Shown: positions 49,221 through 60,812 of the stretch, piece by piece | How positions within the stretch are numbered: the first letter of the stretch is position 1 | How the letters are laid out: each line of letters starts with the position of its first letter | Assembly (NCBI GenBank): GCA_030390025.1 | Contig: CM059433.1 | Coordinates: 20,462,001-20,526,000, forward strand | DNA: 64,000 nucleotides | From: Squalus acanthias | Lineage: Eukaryota | Direction: 5' to 3' | Program-made: the position numbers and the translations under genes | The notes under the pieces: model-generated | Databases searched by the model: none | Told to the model about the DNA's origin: nothing | What the model saw: the letters and a program-made list of their open reading frames with translations, nothing else

Positions 49221-49781
49221 AGTACATAGCTCCTAGGAAATATAATATTCAGGTTCTTAGAGGGTTCAAAGAAAGAGAATTGAAATGAAAAATCATTTAC
49301 TAATCTTGAAATAATTGATATAATGTGATTCTGGCTAGCAGGGAACTAAATTGATGTAATTCTGAATTTTTGGACTCTGTCGAATATGTAAGATAGGACT
49401 CAGTAAACAGATGCATGCTGGAGTGTAGATCCTTCTTTGGAATGCTAATGAACATCCTTTAGGACCGTTTCTGAGCAAAATCCTTCTTGCATTGAGTTTA
49501 AGAAGAGATCTGCAATATGATAGTGATAGAGATGAATTTGCCCCCAGTGCTAAAGACGTTGAGTGGTTTTACTCCCTGCTCCTCTAAATAAAGTGCAGAA
49601 TTATCTTCCAACCATATAACTGTAGCCAAACACATCATAATAAGACACCAGAGATTTCTAAATTTATTAGATTTGGCAGAACAGAAAGCAAAGTAGTGGG
49701 GATGGCACTGAACAGAGTTAAGTGGATTTAGTAACATACGTCCTCTACTTTCAATTCATAAATGAGAGTGGCTCAACACTA

Positions 49782-50471
49782 GGGGGGTGATTTTGCCAAT
49801 GGGTTTTAGTCCCGCCTCCATCGACGTCCGGCCAACCCATGCTATTTTCCCTTGATTGACCTTGTTAAGCCCGCTGGGCGGGCTTAGCAGGCCAATTAAG
49901 GGAAAGCCGGTTACAGGTGACGTCAGCGAGTGACGTTTCATCTGTCAAGAGCTTTTGACGGATGAATTGTCATCGTTCGAGAGCTCTGTGAAGCTGTCAA
50001 ACACTGACAATCTGTCTTCTAAGTTGAGACCTGGGACACAGGCTTACTTAGAGATCTATCCTGAGCAGAAAGCAGAAGGCTGATGTATTTGAGAATGCAG
50101 CGGCCATTCTGCTTTCTCTGCCGGAGCTTTGAGGGACTCCCGAGACCTGAAGGGTTGAAGCCTGGAGGAAGAAGCAAAGGTAAGTAAAGCTTGGCGAGGT
50201 TTGGAGCCGTTGGGAAGCCCACACTTTAGGTGGCAAAATAGGGATTATCCAAAAAACTGCCTGTTAACTACCTGTTAACAGGCAGTTAATTGGCACTAAT
50301 CCCCTTCCCGCTTCGAGGAGGCGGCTCCCAGCACGGGTCGGGTACCCGCCTCCTGGGAAGATGGCACGGAGGTGGGTTGGGGGCGGGATGGGTACCCGCC
50401 CCCAGATTCTGCCATTTCCCCGGCAGTCCCGCCTCCATACCCGCCTCCCCAGGGCTGGCAAAATCGCCCCC
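49782..50471. mobile_element. TIR element (MITE family C)
   Basis: GGGGGTGATTTTGCCA ... TGGCAAAATCGCCCCC. Confidence 0.8.
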
Positions 50472-50985
50472 ATGATCTTTTAGTTATCTAACCAGATCAT
50501 GAACAGCCACCTTCCCTGTCCACATATGTGAAACCAAAGAGTTGTAACACTCTATAGATATTAAGTGTGACAATCAGAAAGGGGGTATAAACTTGCTGCA
50601 TTATCTTATCTCTAACCAATTGATGTTATCTCAAAACCATTTCGTATGCAGTGAGGTGTAACCTTTACTTCTGTGAGTAAAAGTTATTAATGAAAATAGA
50701 AGTGAGCTGGATCAATCCAAAATTATTTGGGTAATATTTGAATATTCAGGAACTAACTTTGGTTTTTGAATTTGTTTTGGGTCTCATCTCCAGAAACCAT
50801 TGTGCCCTTCTTACATCTGCCTCCAGGCATAATGATTTCTAATGTTTGTCTTGTGCGTATATGTTTAGTCACTTGATTACAAGGCCAATTGTGGAATGAA
50901 ATAGGGACAGGAATGACCTTGGAGCGTGTCATTGATATCATATCCTTTACCCTTAGAATCTTTCAAATATTGTGCCTGAAGAATT

Positions 50986-52027
50986 ATAGAATGGTTACAG
51001 AACAGAAGGAGGCCATTCGGCCCGTTGAGCCCGTGCCAGCTCTCTGCAAGAGCAATTCAGCTAGTCCCACTCCTCCGCCCTTTCCCCATAACCCTGCAAT
51101 TTTTTTTCCTTCAGATACTTAACCAATTTAGTTTATATTGGGCCGGATTTTCCGACCCCCACGGGTGGGTACGAGGTGTGTACACACCCATAGGGGCTTC
51201 GCAAGTGCCGGTTTCAGGCATGCAAAGCGCGTGCGCTAAAACCCGGCACTTGCGATCTGTCAAGAATCCTCCTGACACACCCTCGTCCTGCCCGGGAGAA
51301 GGGCCTTCACGGGCAGAGAGTTCTGCTTTCTGCACAACTTCTGCCTGCTGAAAACCTTTAAATATCTTACACCTGGTAAAAGCACGCGTAAGGCCGACTT
51401 TTACCAGCATAAGAGTTTAAAAAAATTAAAAAATATATTTTTTTTCACTCATTTATAATTTTAAAATAATTTAAAAAAAGGTAAGTTTATTTTTAGCCCC
51501 ATAAAAAACTTTAATTATTTTTTTCAAAAAATAAAATTTTTGTTTAAAATATTTAATTTAATGTAATTTTAACTAATTTTAAATATGTGATTTAAAAAAA
51601 TATATATTTAATGTCTAACTCTTTTAAGTGATCCCCATTCATACTTTTGACAGTTCTGTGCATAGAGACCTGTCAAAAGTGTGACGGGGTTTCCCTTCTT
51701 TGATTGGTTCCCCATGGCCCACGTGACCCCAGGGACGCTTGCGAACCGCCTGCGCCCCTGGGATACCTGGGCCTCTGCGCATTTCGTAGAGCAGAGGCCC
51801 AGGATCGCAAGTCTCAGGACCTACGGAGCCAGCAGGTAAGTGCGTAGATTTTTTCCGATCGGACGCATCCACGCGCAGGAAGCCTCCGATTGGAAATTCA
51901 GGGCCAATGCCTCTCCTTGTTCTTCCTACCAAGTGACTATCTTGTATTTATGGCCCCTACTTCTGGTCTCGCCTGCAAGTGGAATCATCTTCTCTACATC
52001 TACCCTATCAAACACTTTCATAATCTT
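50986..52027 (-). mobile_element. CR1 3' fragment interrupted by a MITE
   Basis: Tail 50986-51125; KIMKVFDRVDVEKMIPLAGETRSRGH at 51926-52027. Confidence 0.8.
51140..51905. mobile_element. MITE family A
   Basis: GGGCCGGATTTTCCGA ... TTGGAAATTCAGGGCC; flanks ATT/AAT. Confidence 0.9.
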
Positions 52028-52261
52028 GAGGGATGGACAATAAGCTGGCCTTGCTGGCGACGCCCAAATCCCATGAACGAATAAAAAAAAAAAATCCATA
52101 TTCTGCAGCTTTCCCATTCTCTCTGATGGGCCACTGTGGAGAAGGTGTTGTGTGGTAAATCTTTAAGGCTTTTTAAAAATATTTGTTTTCTGTTGCGTAC
52201 ATTTTTTTTCATCACCAGGTTGATACTGCTCTAAAGTTAAAGATGGGAGAGTAGACCGCTA

Positions 52262-52816
52262 CCGCCCGGCACCATCTTAATTAGCCTGGAATCAGGCACA
52301 GAAACGGCACCCACCCTAGAAGAGTGGGGACCTGATTTAAATGGTGAAGTCACATCCTGACAAGCACACCATTTTAACTGTAGGCTCGATTAAGGGCCGC
52401 ATGGTCTCAAACCCGCCAGTGAAGCCTTGAGGCAGGCACAATCCAGGCCAGAGGAGGCCCAGGTAAATGTTTTTAGTTTTACTTTTTAAGGGTTCCTTGT
52501 GGGCCAGGAACAGATGATGGTTCACCACCTGCTTCGGCCCCCCCGCATACCCGATTCCCACCATGAGTTATAATAAGGGCTCTAGACATCAAAAGGTACA
52601 AAGTTAAATGTTCAGGTTTATAAATAAATAAAAGTGAAGGGTAGGGTAGGGACGGTCAGATCTACATACTGGTGTGTTAAATTGACAATGTGAATAGAAG
52701 AGTTCATGATGAAGAAAGGCCAGGTTGATCCCACGCTGATGTTCCGACTCCATAACTTCTCCATCACAAAACCTGTGTACTTCAACCTCCAACACTGTCT
52801 GCCTCCACTCCATCTC
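52262..52816 (+). repeat. Dispersed direct duplicate of 45419-45972
   Basis: Near-identical 555 bp; flanked by a 35-bp direct repeat. Confidence 0.95.
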
Positions 52817-53504
52817 TAAAGTTAAAGACGGGGGAGTAGACCGCTACCACCCTTAAAACCCTGGTGTTGCCAGTGTCTTACCCTTCCGGACATAATCTTT
52901 TGTTAGAGTTGAGTGATCCTGTTGGACAATTCAATAAAATTACAACACTGGGTGAGAGATTGAACTCACCATTCCAAAAAATAGAGATTGGTAATATGAA
53001 TAAATTAAACATGTGTACAAAAAAACTGCATGAATGAAACTAAATGACCCTTGGATAGTAAACAATTTTTTATCATTAAGAAGTGCTCAATGCTCATTGA
53101 AAAGTGAATGGATTGGAAATATTTGGCATTGAAAATGATTTGAGTGATATATGAAGATTTCTCTTTCAGGAATAAACAGATAGATTTCTCTTCCTAAACA
53201 GCCTTGTTAAAGAACTTTACAAATACTGTCATTAGACATAGAGATGAATTTAATCAGAAACTAAATTAATTTCCCCCAGTGCACCAAGATAGTCTCTCTC
53301 AATACACCAAGCAGTATTTTGCATATGTTGAAAGAGTCTATCTCGCTGAACTGCAATAATACTCAATAAATTGAGTATCCAACCTATTCCTTTCATCAGT
53401 GCTGTAAAGGCAGAAATAAGATGGCAAATCAATTTGCATACAACTTATTAGAGTGCGAGGAAGCTTTTAAAATCTTTTAATGACCCTTAGCGTGACTGTG
53501 ACCA

Positions 53505-53872
53505 AAGCTCAGTAGTGTCTGCTTGGATAGCACTCTTGCCTCTGAATCAGACGGCTGTGGGATCTGAGCACAATATCAGAGATCCTCTGAATGAGAAATT
53601 TAACTTAGACCCCCTTCTGGATGTTAAGGTCTCATGGCACTGTTCAAAGAAACGTTAAAAAAATTACTTGGTGTGCTGACAAAAATTCCTCCCTCAACCA
53701 CCAAAAAACATTTGTGATCATTGTTGTTTCTAGGATCTTGCTGTTCGTAAAATGGCGACTTCATTTGTCTACAAAATAAGTAATTGCACTGCAAAGTAAT
53801 TCACTGTATGTGAATTGCTTTGGGATGTTTCCAGGATAAGTGAGGAGGAACTAAATAAATGCAAGTCTATCT
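53505..53872 (+). mobile_element. Old Deu-domain SINE
   Basis: GCACTCTTGCCTCTGAATCAGA head; CATGGCACTGTTCAAAGAA; ATAAATGCAAG tail. Confidence 0.7.
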
Positions 53873-54344
53873 TTTAATTATTTTGCATGAAAGCACCCAT
53901 TATTAGAAAACATTTGTCTTACCGAAGCACCATAAATCTAAAGTATGTGGAGAGGGGGGTGGCATAAGCAATTAATGTAGAGTATAAATTGTTCATTTTT
54001 ACCAGTAGGTTAGCAGGAAGAGATGCATGTAGATCACAGAAAGTTAACATGCAGGTACAGCAAACAATTAGGGAAGCAAATGGTATGTTAGCCTTTATTA
54101 CAAAAGGATTGGACTATAAGATTCAAGAAGTCTTACTGCAATTATATAGTACGGTGACCATATTTTCTAAACTGAATCCGAGGACACACAGGGTGGGAGC
54201 ACAGCAAAGTAGCCAGGACAGAAAATGTAGGTAACATTTTTTAGCAGCCTATATTAACAGTGGCACATATACACTACAAATGCAAACCAAATATGGATAT
54301 AATTACTGCGGATCTGACATCACACTATTGAAGCGCATTCAGAC

Positions 54345-55075
54345 ACCTGACCACCTGCCCCTCGCCCACTGACTGAGGTCACACCTGACCCTGCCCTCCC
54401 GTGACTGAGGTCACACCTGACCCCGCCCCGGTGACTGAGGTCACACCTGACCCTGCCCCCCCAGTGACTGAGGTCACACCTGACCCGACCTCGTGACTGA
54501 GGTCACACATGACTCTGCCCCCCCAGTGACTGAGGTCACACCTGACCCGACCTCGTGACTGAGGTCACACATGACCCTGCTCCCCCAGTGACTGAGGTCA
54601 CACCTGACCCGACCTTGTGACTGAGGTCACACCTGACCCGACACCATGACTGAGGTCACTCTTGACCCCGCCCCCGTGACTGAGGTCACACCTGACCCGA
54701 CCACCCAGTGACTCGGGTCACACCTGATCGCACCGCCCCCCCCCCCCCCGTGACTGAGGTCACACCTAACCCTGACCTCCCCGCGACTGAGGTCACACCT
54801 GACACAACCCCATGCTGAGGTCACACCTGACCCCACCCCCCAGTCACTGAGGTCACACCTGACCCCACCCCCCCCAGTCACTGAGGTCACACCTGACCCC
54901 ACCCCCCAATCACTGAGGTCACACCTGACCCCACCCCCCAGTTACTGAGGTCACACCTGACCCGCCCCCAGTGACTGAGGTCACACCTGACCCCGCCCCC
55001 CCCAGTGATTGAGGTCACACCTGACCCTGACCTGACCCCCCTCCCCGTGATTGAAGTCATACCTGACCCCTCCCC
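54345..55075. repeat. Minisatellite, about 27-bp unit GTGACTGAGGTCACACCTGACCC(C)n, about 25 copies
   Basis: Direct reading. Confidence 0.97.
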
Positions 55076-56234
55076 TGAGAGTGTCTAGGAAAAGCCTGTC
55101 CCCCTGAAGGGATAATTACTAGTCCTAGCCCCTTTAGGGCTACCCCAGATCTGGCATATTCCCCAGACGTTCACTTTCAACTAAAGTTTGAGGTAGCCGA
55201 ATCCAAAAGACGCTTAATTGGGTCTAAAGGTCTGGACCATCTCTCCCTAAAGGAAAGGAACAACCTGAAAATGTTACCATCCTCCAGATAGCACTTTTAA
55301 TAAGTTTAGCTAGACTGTAACGTTCCGGATATTATGAGGGTCTGGAAAACTCCCCCAGAATTCTGCAACTCCTCACCAAAGAGCGTACAGAGATTGAGGT
55401 CGCGAGTTTGATACAGAAGTATTATGTGAGACAATTCTAAAAATATATAGATTTATTAAAGAACCGACATGTAATTTACAGTTGGTGATTCAATCGCAAC
55501 ATTAACAGTTCCAAAAAGAGAAAGCTTTACAATCTTATTATCAGAGATCCTATTCTCAAATCTTAACTTCGCTACAGTTTTACAGTTCTTAATCTTATTC
55601 AGGATATCCACCAAAATCAAATACAGTACCTTTTGATCCCCGAGGTACAAAGAGTTGTAGACTTACAGAGCTGCCTCTGAAGCCTGAGAATCGCTTTGCC
55701 CCTTTACAGCGAATCTATTATCCCATTTGAGAGCTCAATATTTATACCCTTTTCCAGTGGTATTCCCTTTAAGGTTTTCTGCTGATGTAAGCTAATTATC
55801 TCTAGTCATTTTTCTGCTGACTTCTGCAATTCTTAGTCACCTCAGCTGGTAGCAATACAGACTCGTGTCTCCTCTAGGTGTTCCAAGCTTACCATAAAAA
55901 ACGGTGTAACAGCAGGTGCATTTTATTTGATATCATTTTTACTAAGGCCTTCTGTTTGTGCCTCTTTACGAAGTGTAAATTAGAACACCTTATACAGGGT
56001 GTACCATTGTCTGCTCCCAAAGATTCAGACTGTCGGGAGCCTTTAACCTTCTGTTTCAATAAGGTTATTGATTCAGTGTCAACAACTATCTTATCTCTAT
56101 TGCCAGAATGCTACTACAGCTTTTTCAGTTAGGTTTCCAGATTTCCAAACCCAGTTTGTCATGTTTTAATAAGGCCAGAATTCTTTCATAGAATGGTGTA
56201 TTTTTCTGAATAGGTTATATGGCTTATTGCTTCA
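55076..56234 (-). mobile_element. Probable solo LTR inserted in the minisatellite
   Basis: TG...CA ends; minus-strand TATAAA (55746-55741) upstream of AATAAA (about 55455); partial second copy at 18247-18630; TSD imperfect (TCCCC/ACCCC). Confidence 0.6.
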
Positions 56235-56892
56235 ACCCCCTTCCCCCGGGGACTGTGACCGGGCCCTCCCCCATGGCCTCTCCCTCACCCGCTCCAGTTG
56301 CCTTGCTCCCAGGCACTTCCGGTGCCTACAATCCAGCAGCATGAGATCGGCCAGAAACTCACACAACAACCGGCACATGAAGAGACAATACCTCATCCGG
56401 GGACTGTCCCCGGAAAATGGAGACGTATGGCCATCCTATTATATAGGGCCTTGATAAGACCACATATGGAGTACTGTGGAGGGGTCATAGTCTCAGAATA
56501 AGGGGTCGGCCATTTAGGACTGAGATGAGGAGAAATTTCTTCACTCAGAGGGTGGTGAATCTTTGGAATTCTCTACCCCAGAGGGCTGAGGAGGCTCAAT
56601 TGTTGAGTATATTCAAGACAGAGATCGATAGATTTTTGGATACTAAGGTAACCAAGGGATATGGGGATAGTGCGGGATAGTGCCATTGAGGTCGAAGATC
56701 TGCCGTGATCTTATTGAATGGCGGAGCAGGCTCGAAGGGCCGAACGGCCTACTCCTGCTCCTATTTCTTATTTTCTTATATCCTTATGTAGATGAGGCAT
56801 TTGGCAGGACCACCTTGAGTTGAGCGACAGTAAATGTCCTTTCACGATACTGGAAGTTGATTGTCACTTCCGTGCATTTAAAAAGAAGACAG

Positions 56893-57290
56893 AGTCGGTG
56901 GTACAGTGGGTTTGAGCCAGCCCTTTCATCTCTGAGAATTGGGTTAAAATATCCTCTGATTGTAGCAGTGAAACTCTTCAGTCACTGTCTGTAAGAGTTC
57001 TAAGTGAAATGAGCTTGGACAACCTCTACCCAGCTCGAGCGGGCATAGCTCAACAGCATAAACTCTCCTGAAGTTGGCACCAATAGGTAATCCCAGTCAG
57101 AAAGGCCACAGGACAGCTGGTGGGAGATGAGTCAAATGCAAGAGCAGGTATTCTCCTGAGTGTGGGGCTGACTGCCTTGTCGGGGGCAGAATAAAGGGAG
57201 CTTTGCTCCGCATGTAAGGTGCCCTGGGATTATTTTACACTGATACTGGGTGCCTACAAAAGTTCCATTCTCCAGTATAAAGATCACCAA
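56893..57290 (+). mobile_element. LF-SINE-like ancient SINE
   Basis: GAGCCAGCCCTTTCATCTCTG, GTGAAATGAG, TTGGCACCAATAGG..CAGAAAGGCCA motifs in LF-SINE order; partial relative near 42060-42245. Confidence 0.55.
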
Positions 57291-57639
57291 AAAGAAATTG
57301 GAACCAGCTGGAGCTTGAGTGAATATAATTTACAGCTGGATGAAGACAGACTCACCACACGCTTCAGCTGAGTGGGTTTTTCGAAATGGCAAGTCTCCAG
57401 CTGACTGCGTTTTCATTTTGAAAATGGACAATTTCTGCTCTCAAGTTGTAAAGATTGATTTTCACAATGTTTAGTGGGCGGGGGGTGGCGGGGGGGGGGG
57501 TGATGGGGAGGGAAAAGGAGGCAGGCATTTTGGATTGAAAGTACTTCGTCCTGAGTTTGGCCTTTTTAAGAATAGCATTTAAATCTAAATTGTGCTTGGC
57601 AGATAATACATTCAAAGTACAAATGAGGGTTATCCTCTT

Positions 57640-58575
57640 TTGCTTGGTGTCCAGGCCAAGATTTATCCCTTAACCGACATCACTAAAACAGATTGGCCTA
57701 GAAATTCGCGCACGATCCCTGCGTCTGAATGGTGAGGCCTGAGGTACCCCCCGATATATTGCCTCGGACCGCATTTTCATCGAGCTTGTTGCTCTCTGCA
57801 GCTTACCGGCCAAGGGCGATGGAAGATCAGGCTGATGCTGACGTGGCTCTCTGGTAAGTGAGGGGGGTGGGACACTGGATCGGGAGGTAGTGGTGGCTGG
57901 GGGGCTGGGGTGGGGCGTTAGGAGCGGCTCTGAGGCGGTGCCGATCGGTGGCGGGGCGGGGTGGGAGAGGGGTTGGTGGAATCGGTGTCCAGCAGCAGTG
58001 GCCCCTGTTCTTGAATATGGGGTTAGGAGCATCACGCCTGCTCCTCCCGGCTCCACATTCAGATAAGTATATTTTAAAAACATAACTTGTTGGTTGTGGC
58101 CTGCAGCAGTCCATTTAAAGTCCACCTGTTGGGCCACACCTAGGCCTGGTTTTCCTGAGTGCAGCTGGTGCTGGCTGCCTCAGGGCAAACCCATCTTTGC
58201 AGTGAGGGCTCTCAAACAGATGTTCGGTGCCTTATTTGCACATGCTTCAGGCATGGACACTGCACGCCCATTGCTTGGCATTTTACCAATATGATGGGCG
58301 GCGATCTCCCTGATCATAATGAGCATGCGCTTCCTGCCCGCCATATTGGAGGATTAGGAGGCCATTTAACACCCGAAAAACAAGCGCTACATGGCCAAAT
58401 TTCTTGGCCATTATCTGGTTATTTGTTTTGTTGCTGTATGTGGGACCTAGCTGTGTGCAAATTAGCTGCTGTATTTGCCTACATTACAATAGCGATTAAA
58501 CTTCAAAAGAACTTCCTTGGCTGTGAAGCGCTCTGGGACATCCTGAGGACATGATAGGCTCTATATAAATGCTAT
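57640..58575 (+). mobile_element. Deu-SINE 3' half interrupted by a MITE
   Basis: ...ATCACTAAAACAGATT [MITE] ATTATCTGG... and tail. Confidence 0.75.
57695..58409. mobile_element. MITE with ATT TSD
   Basis: GGCCTAGAAATT / AATTTCTTGGCC; ATT duplicated, restoring SINE ACAGATTATCTGG. Confidence 0.85.
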
Positions 58576-58765
58576 CAGGTTTGGAACTACTGCTGTGGTA
58601 CTTGGAAGAAAGATTTGATTGTTCGAGTTTGAAATTCATAATCTTGCCTTTGAGTTTATCTTCAGCCCTAAGCTCGCTTCCCCCAATGTGCTACTGACTG
58701 CTGTTTGATCTCATTGTTTGCCATAATACTGAGCCTTTACATGAAGCCTTGAAGCTGAAACACTT

Positions 58766-59317
58766 GGGGGGGGAAAAATTGGGTTGCTTTGCGCCTCCTG
58801 TTAGTGCCCTGAGGGGGGCGCTAACGGGGCGCAAATACCCTAGCGCCCGGGCGTGGCGCGGCGCCGCTAACGCCTACCGTGAAATTCAGCATCATCGCCA
58901 TGCGCAGTGCCCCCTGACCCACCACCGGACGCTATGTTCGACAGGGTCAGGGTGGCATTTTTGCGGTCGCAGCAGCGCAAATTAAAGGGCAGGTGCCAGG
59001 CAGCCAATTTTTTTGGGGCTGCCTACCAGCACCTGCCCCCTTTTGCCTCCTCCTGCAGGGCGCACTGCGCTAGGGAGGGAAGCCTGTAATACCGCCGCAC
59101 TACTTGCCGACGCACGTGGCGCTGTTGCACGTAGCGCTGCGATATTCAATGGGAGCGCCCCAAGAGGGAGGGGGAGTGCTTCCAGTAGCGCCCCGCCTCC
59201 TGCTTGGGGCGCTACCATTCAATTTCCAGCACGGGGGTGCTAACTTTTTCGGGGCGCGAAAAGTAGCGCCTCGCCGAAGTTAGCACCCCAAAGGGGGCGC
59301 GACCCAATTTTTCCCCC
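58766..59317. mobile_element. GC-rich TIR element (MITE family D)
   Basis: GGGGGAAAAATTGGGT ... ACCCAATTTTTCCCCC; repeated TAGCGCC/GGCGCTA motifs. Confidence 0.8.
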
Positions 59318-60253
59318 GACATGTTGTAATAGTGTTTCTAATTTGTTTTGAGTCTCTCCGAGTAAACATTTATTCAAATACTCCAGAGTTCCGGTCCTAT
59401 AATTCCAGCTTGTTATAGTTTTAGATACACTGAAAGATCACTTGTAGTTATTGTCAGATATTGTTGGTGTCTAACTAAGCAAAGCTCAACCTGCGTTTAG
59501 CTTTGAGGTCCTGATACCCAGAACATTGACATTAAGCCTTTCTTCTTCAGAGTTGAGTTAAAAGGGCACCGAGGAATTTTTGAGCAAGCCTCCTGAAACA
59601 ACCATATGGACCAGTTGGATGCATTTGCAATGCCGTAAAATGAGATTTGATGCAGTTTGAAGTTTTCCAATGCATATTTTTAATTAAAATTTAAATTTTT
59701 TGTTCCTCATTGTGCATATCCCCGTTTACAACCCTGATAATGTGTTTCATGACTTGTATATACACACCAGTGTGTGACCTGACTCATTCACAGCTCCAGC
59801 TCCTTTACAAATGGTAACCATTGCAAAGTTGGCAGTAGCAGTTTGCTCTGTTCTGCTTCCCAGACAATACATTCGCTTGTTATCGTGGTGATGTTACTGG
59901 AAGCTAATCATTCTGGAATTAGTGTAAACATAGGCTGAAGCATATTGGTTATCATGTCTTCCTTAAGATGGTGAAACTACCTTTATTTGTCCAGTGGAGC
60001 AGATTCTGCATCAGCACAGGTCATAGCTGTGCAATGTCAGTGAAATGAAAATATAGCAATACCAGTTAATCCACTAGGTAGAGTACTAACTATCCATGTG
60101 CAAAGAGTTAGTGCATTTCACATTGACTAGACCAAGGCCTGCATTGATTGGACCCACTCTTTCTGCTTTATTTTTCACTGGGTGTACACAGCAATAGCTA
60201 ACATTTCACCACTCAATTATTATCAGGTCTTCCTAACTCCTATAATCCTTATT

Positions 60254-60812
60254 GGGAGATTATCAACCCCTGATATTGACAGGGGCGGGTTGTGTAGGCG
60301 GGAGGTGGAGTTTCGGATGGGAAACCTGGAAGGCTGGGTTTCCCCACAGCGTGCGACATTTTTCTTTGCGCAGATCCCTGCCCGAAAGTCAGCTTGATTG
60401 ACAGGCTTGGCTTCCAGTCGGGCGAGGCGCACTCTGGAGCAGGCCGCAGCCGCAGTCGCAGGTAGAGAGCCTGCAGCTGCTACTGGTGGTGTGGGGGTCC
60501 AATCCCCGACCCCGGGGGTCTTAGTATGGGGGCGCGGTCTGATCTAAAGGAAGAAGGTAAGCTTGGGGTGTTGGGGGGAAGCATTCCTGCTCCTCTTGGT
60601 CCACAAGCAGTGCTGTAAAGGCATTTACCTTCTCTCCGAAGCTGTCCTCACCTCCCTTGAGCTGCCGGGTTTCCCAAGGCCTGGGAAACCCAGCCGGCCA
60701 GGGTTAAAATCTGAAGCTCCAAGACTCATTAAAATATTAAAATTGTGGTTGGGGTCAGGTTTGAGATGTCACCCAATGCCAACCCACCCGTTTTTGGGGT
60801 TAAAATTCACCC
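60254..60812. mobile_element. MITE with ATT TSD
   Basis: GGGAGATTATCAACCCC / GGGGTTAAAATTCACCC; ATT on both sides. Confidence 0.75.

Larger units (their letters stand above)
54150..56438. mobile_element. Non-autonomous hAT (Blackjack-type) DNA transposon
   Basis: TIRs TACGGTGACCATA / TATGGCCATCCTA (degenerate TAGGGTGACCATA); 8-bp TSD TTATATAG at 54142-54149 and 56439-56446. Confidence 0.88.
54030..56790 (+). mobile_element. CR1 fragment split by a hAT insertion
   Basis: QVQQTIREANGMLAFI..LLQLY / RALIRPH.EYC continues after 56446; tail at 56760-56790. Confidence 0.85.

Noticed and set aside
54345..55075. CRISPR-like array of repeats with variable spacers
   Set aside because: Spacers are short C runs rather than unique sequences; eukaryotic context; no cas genes
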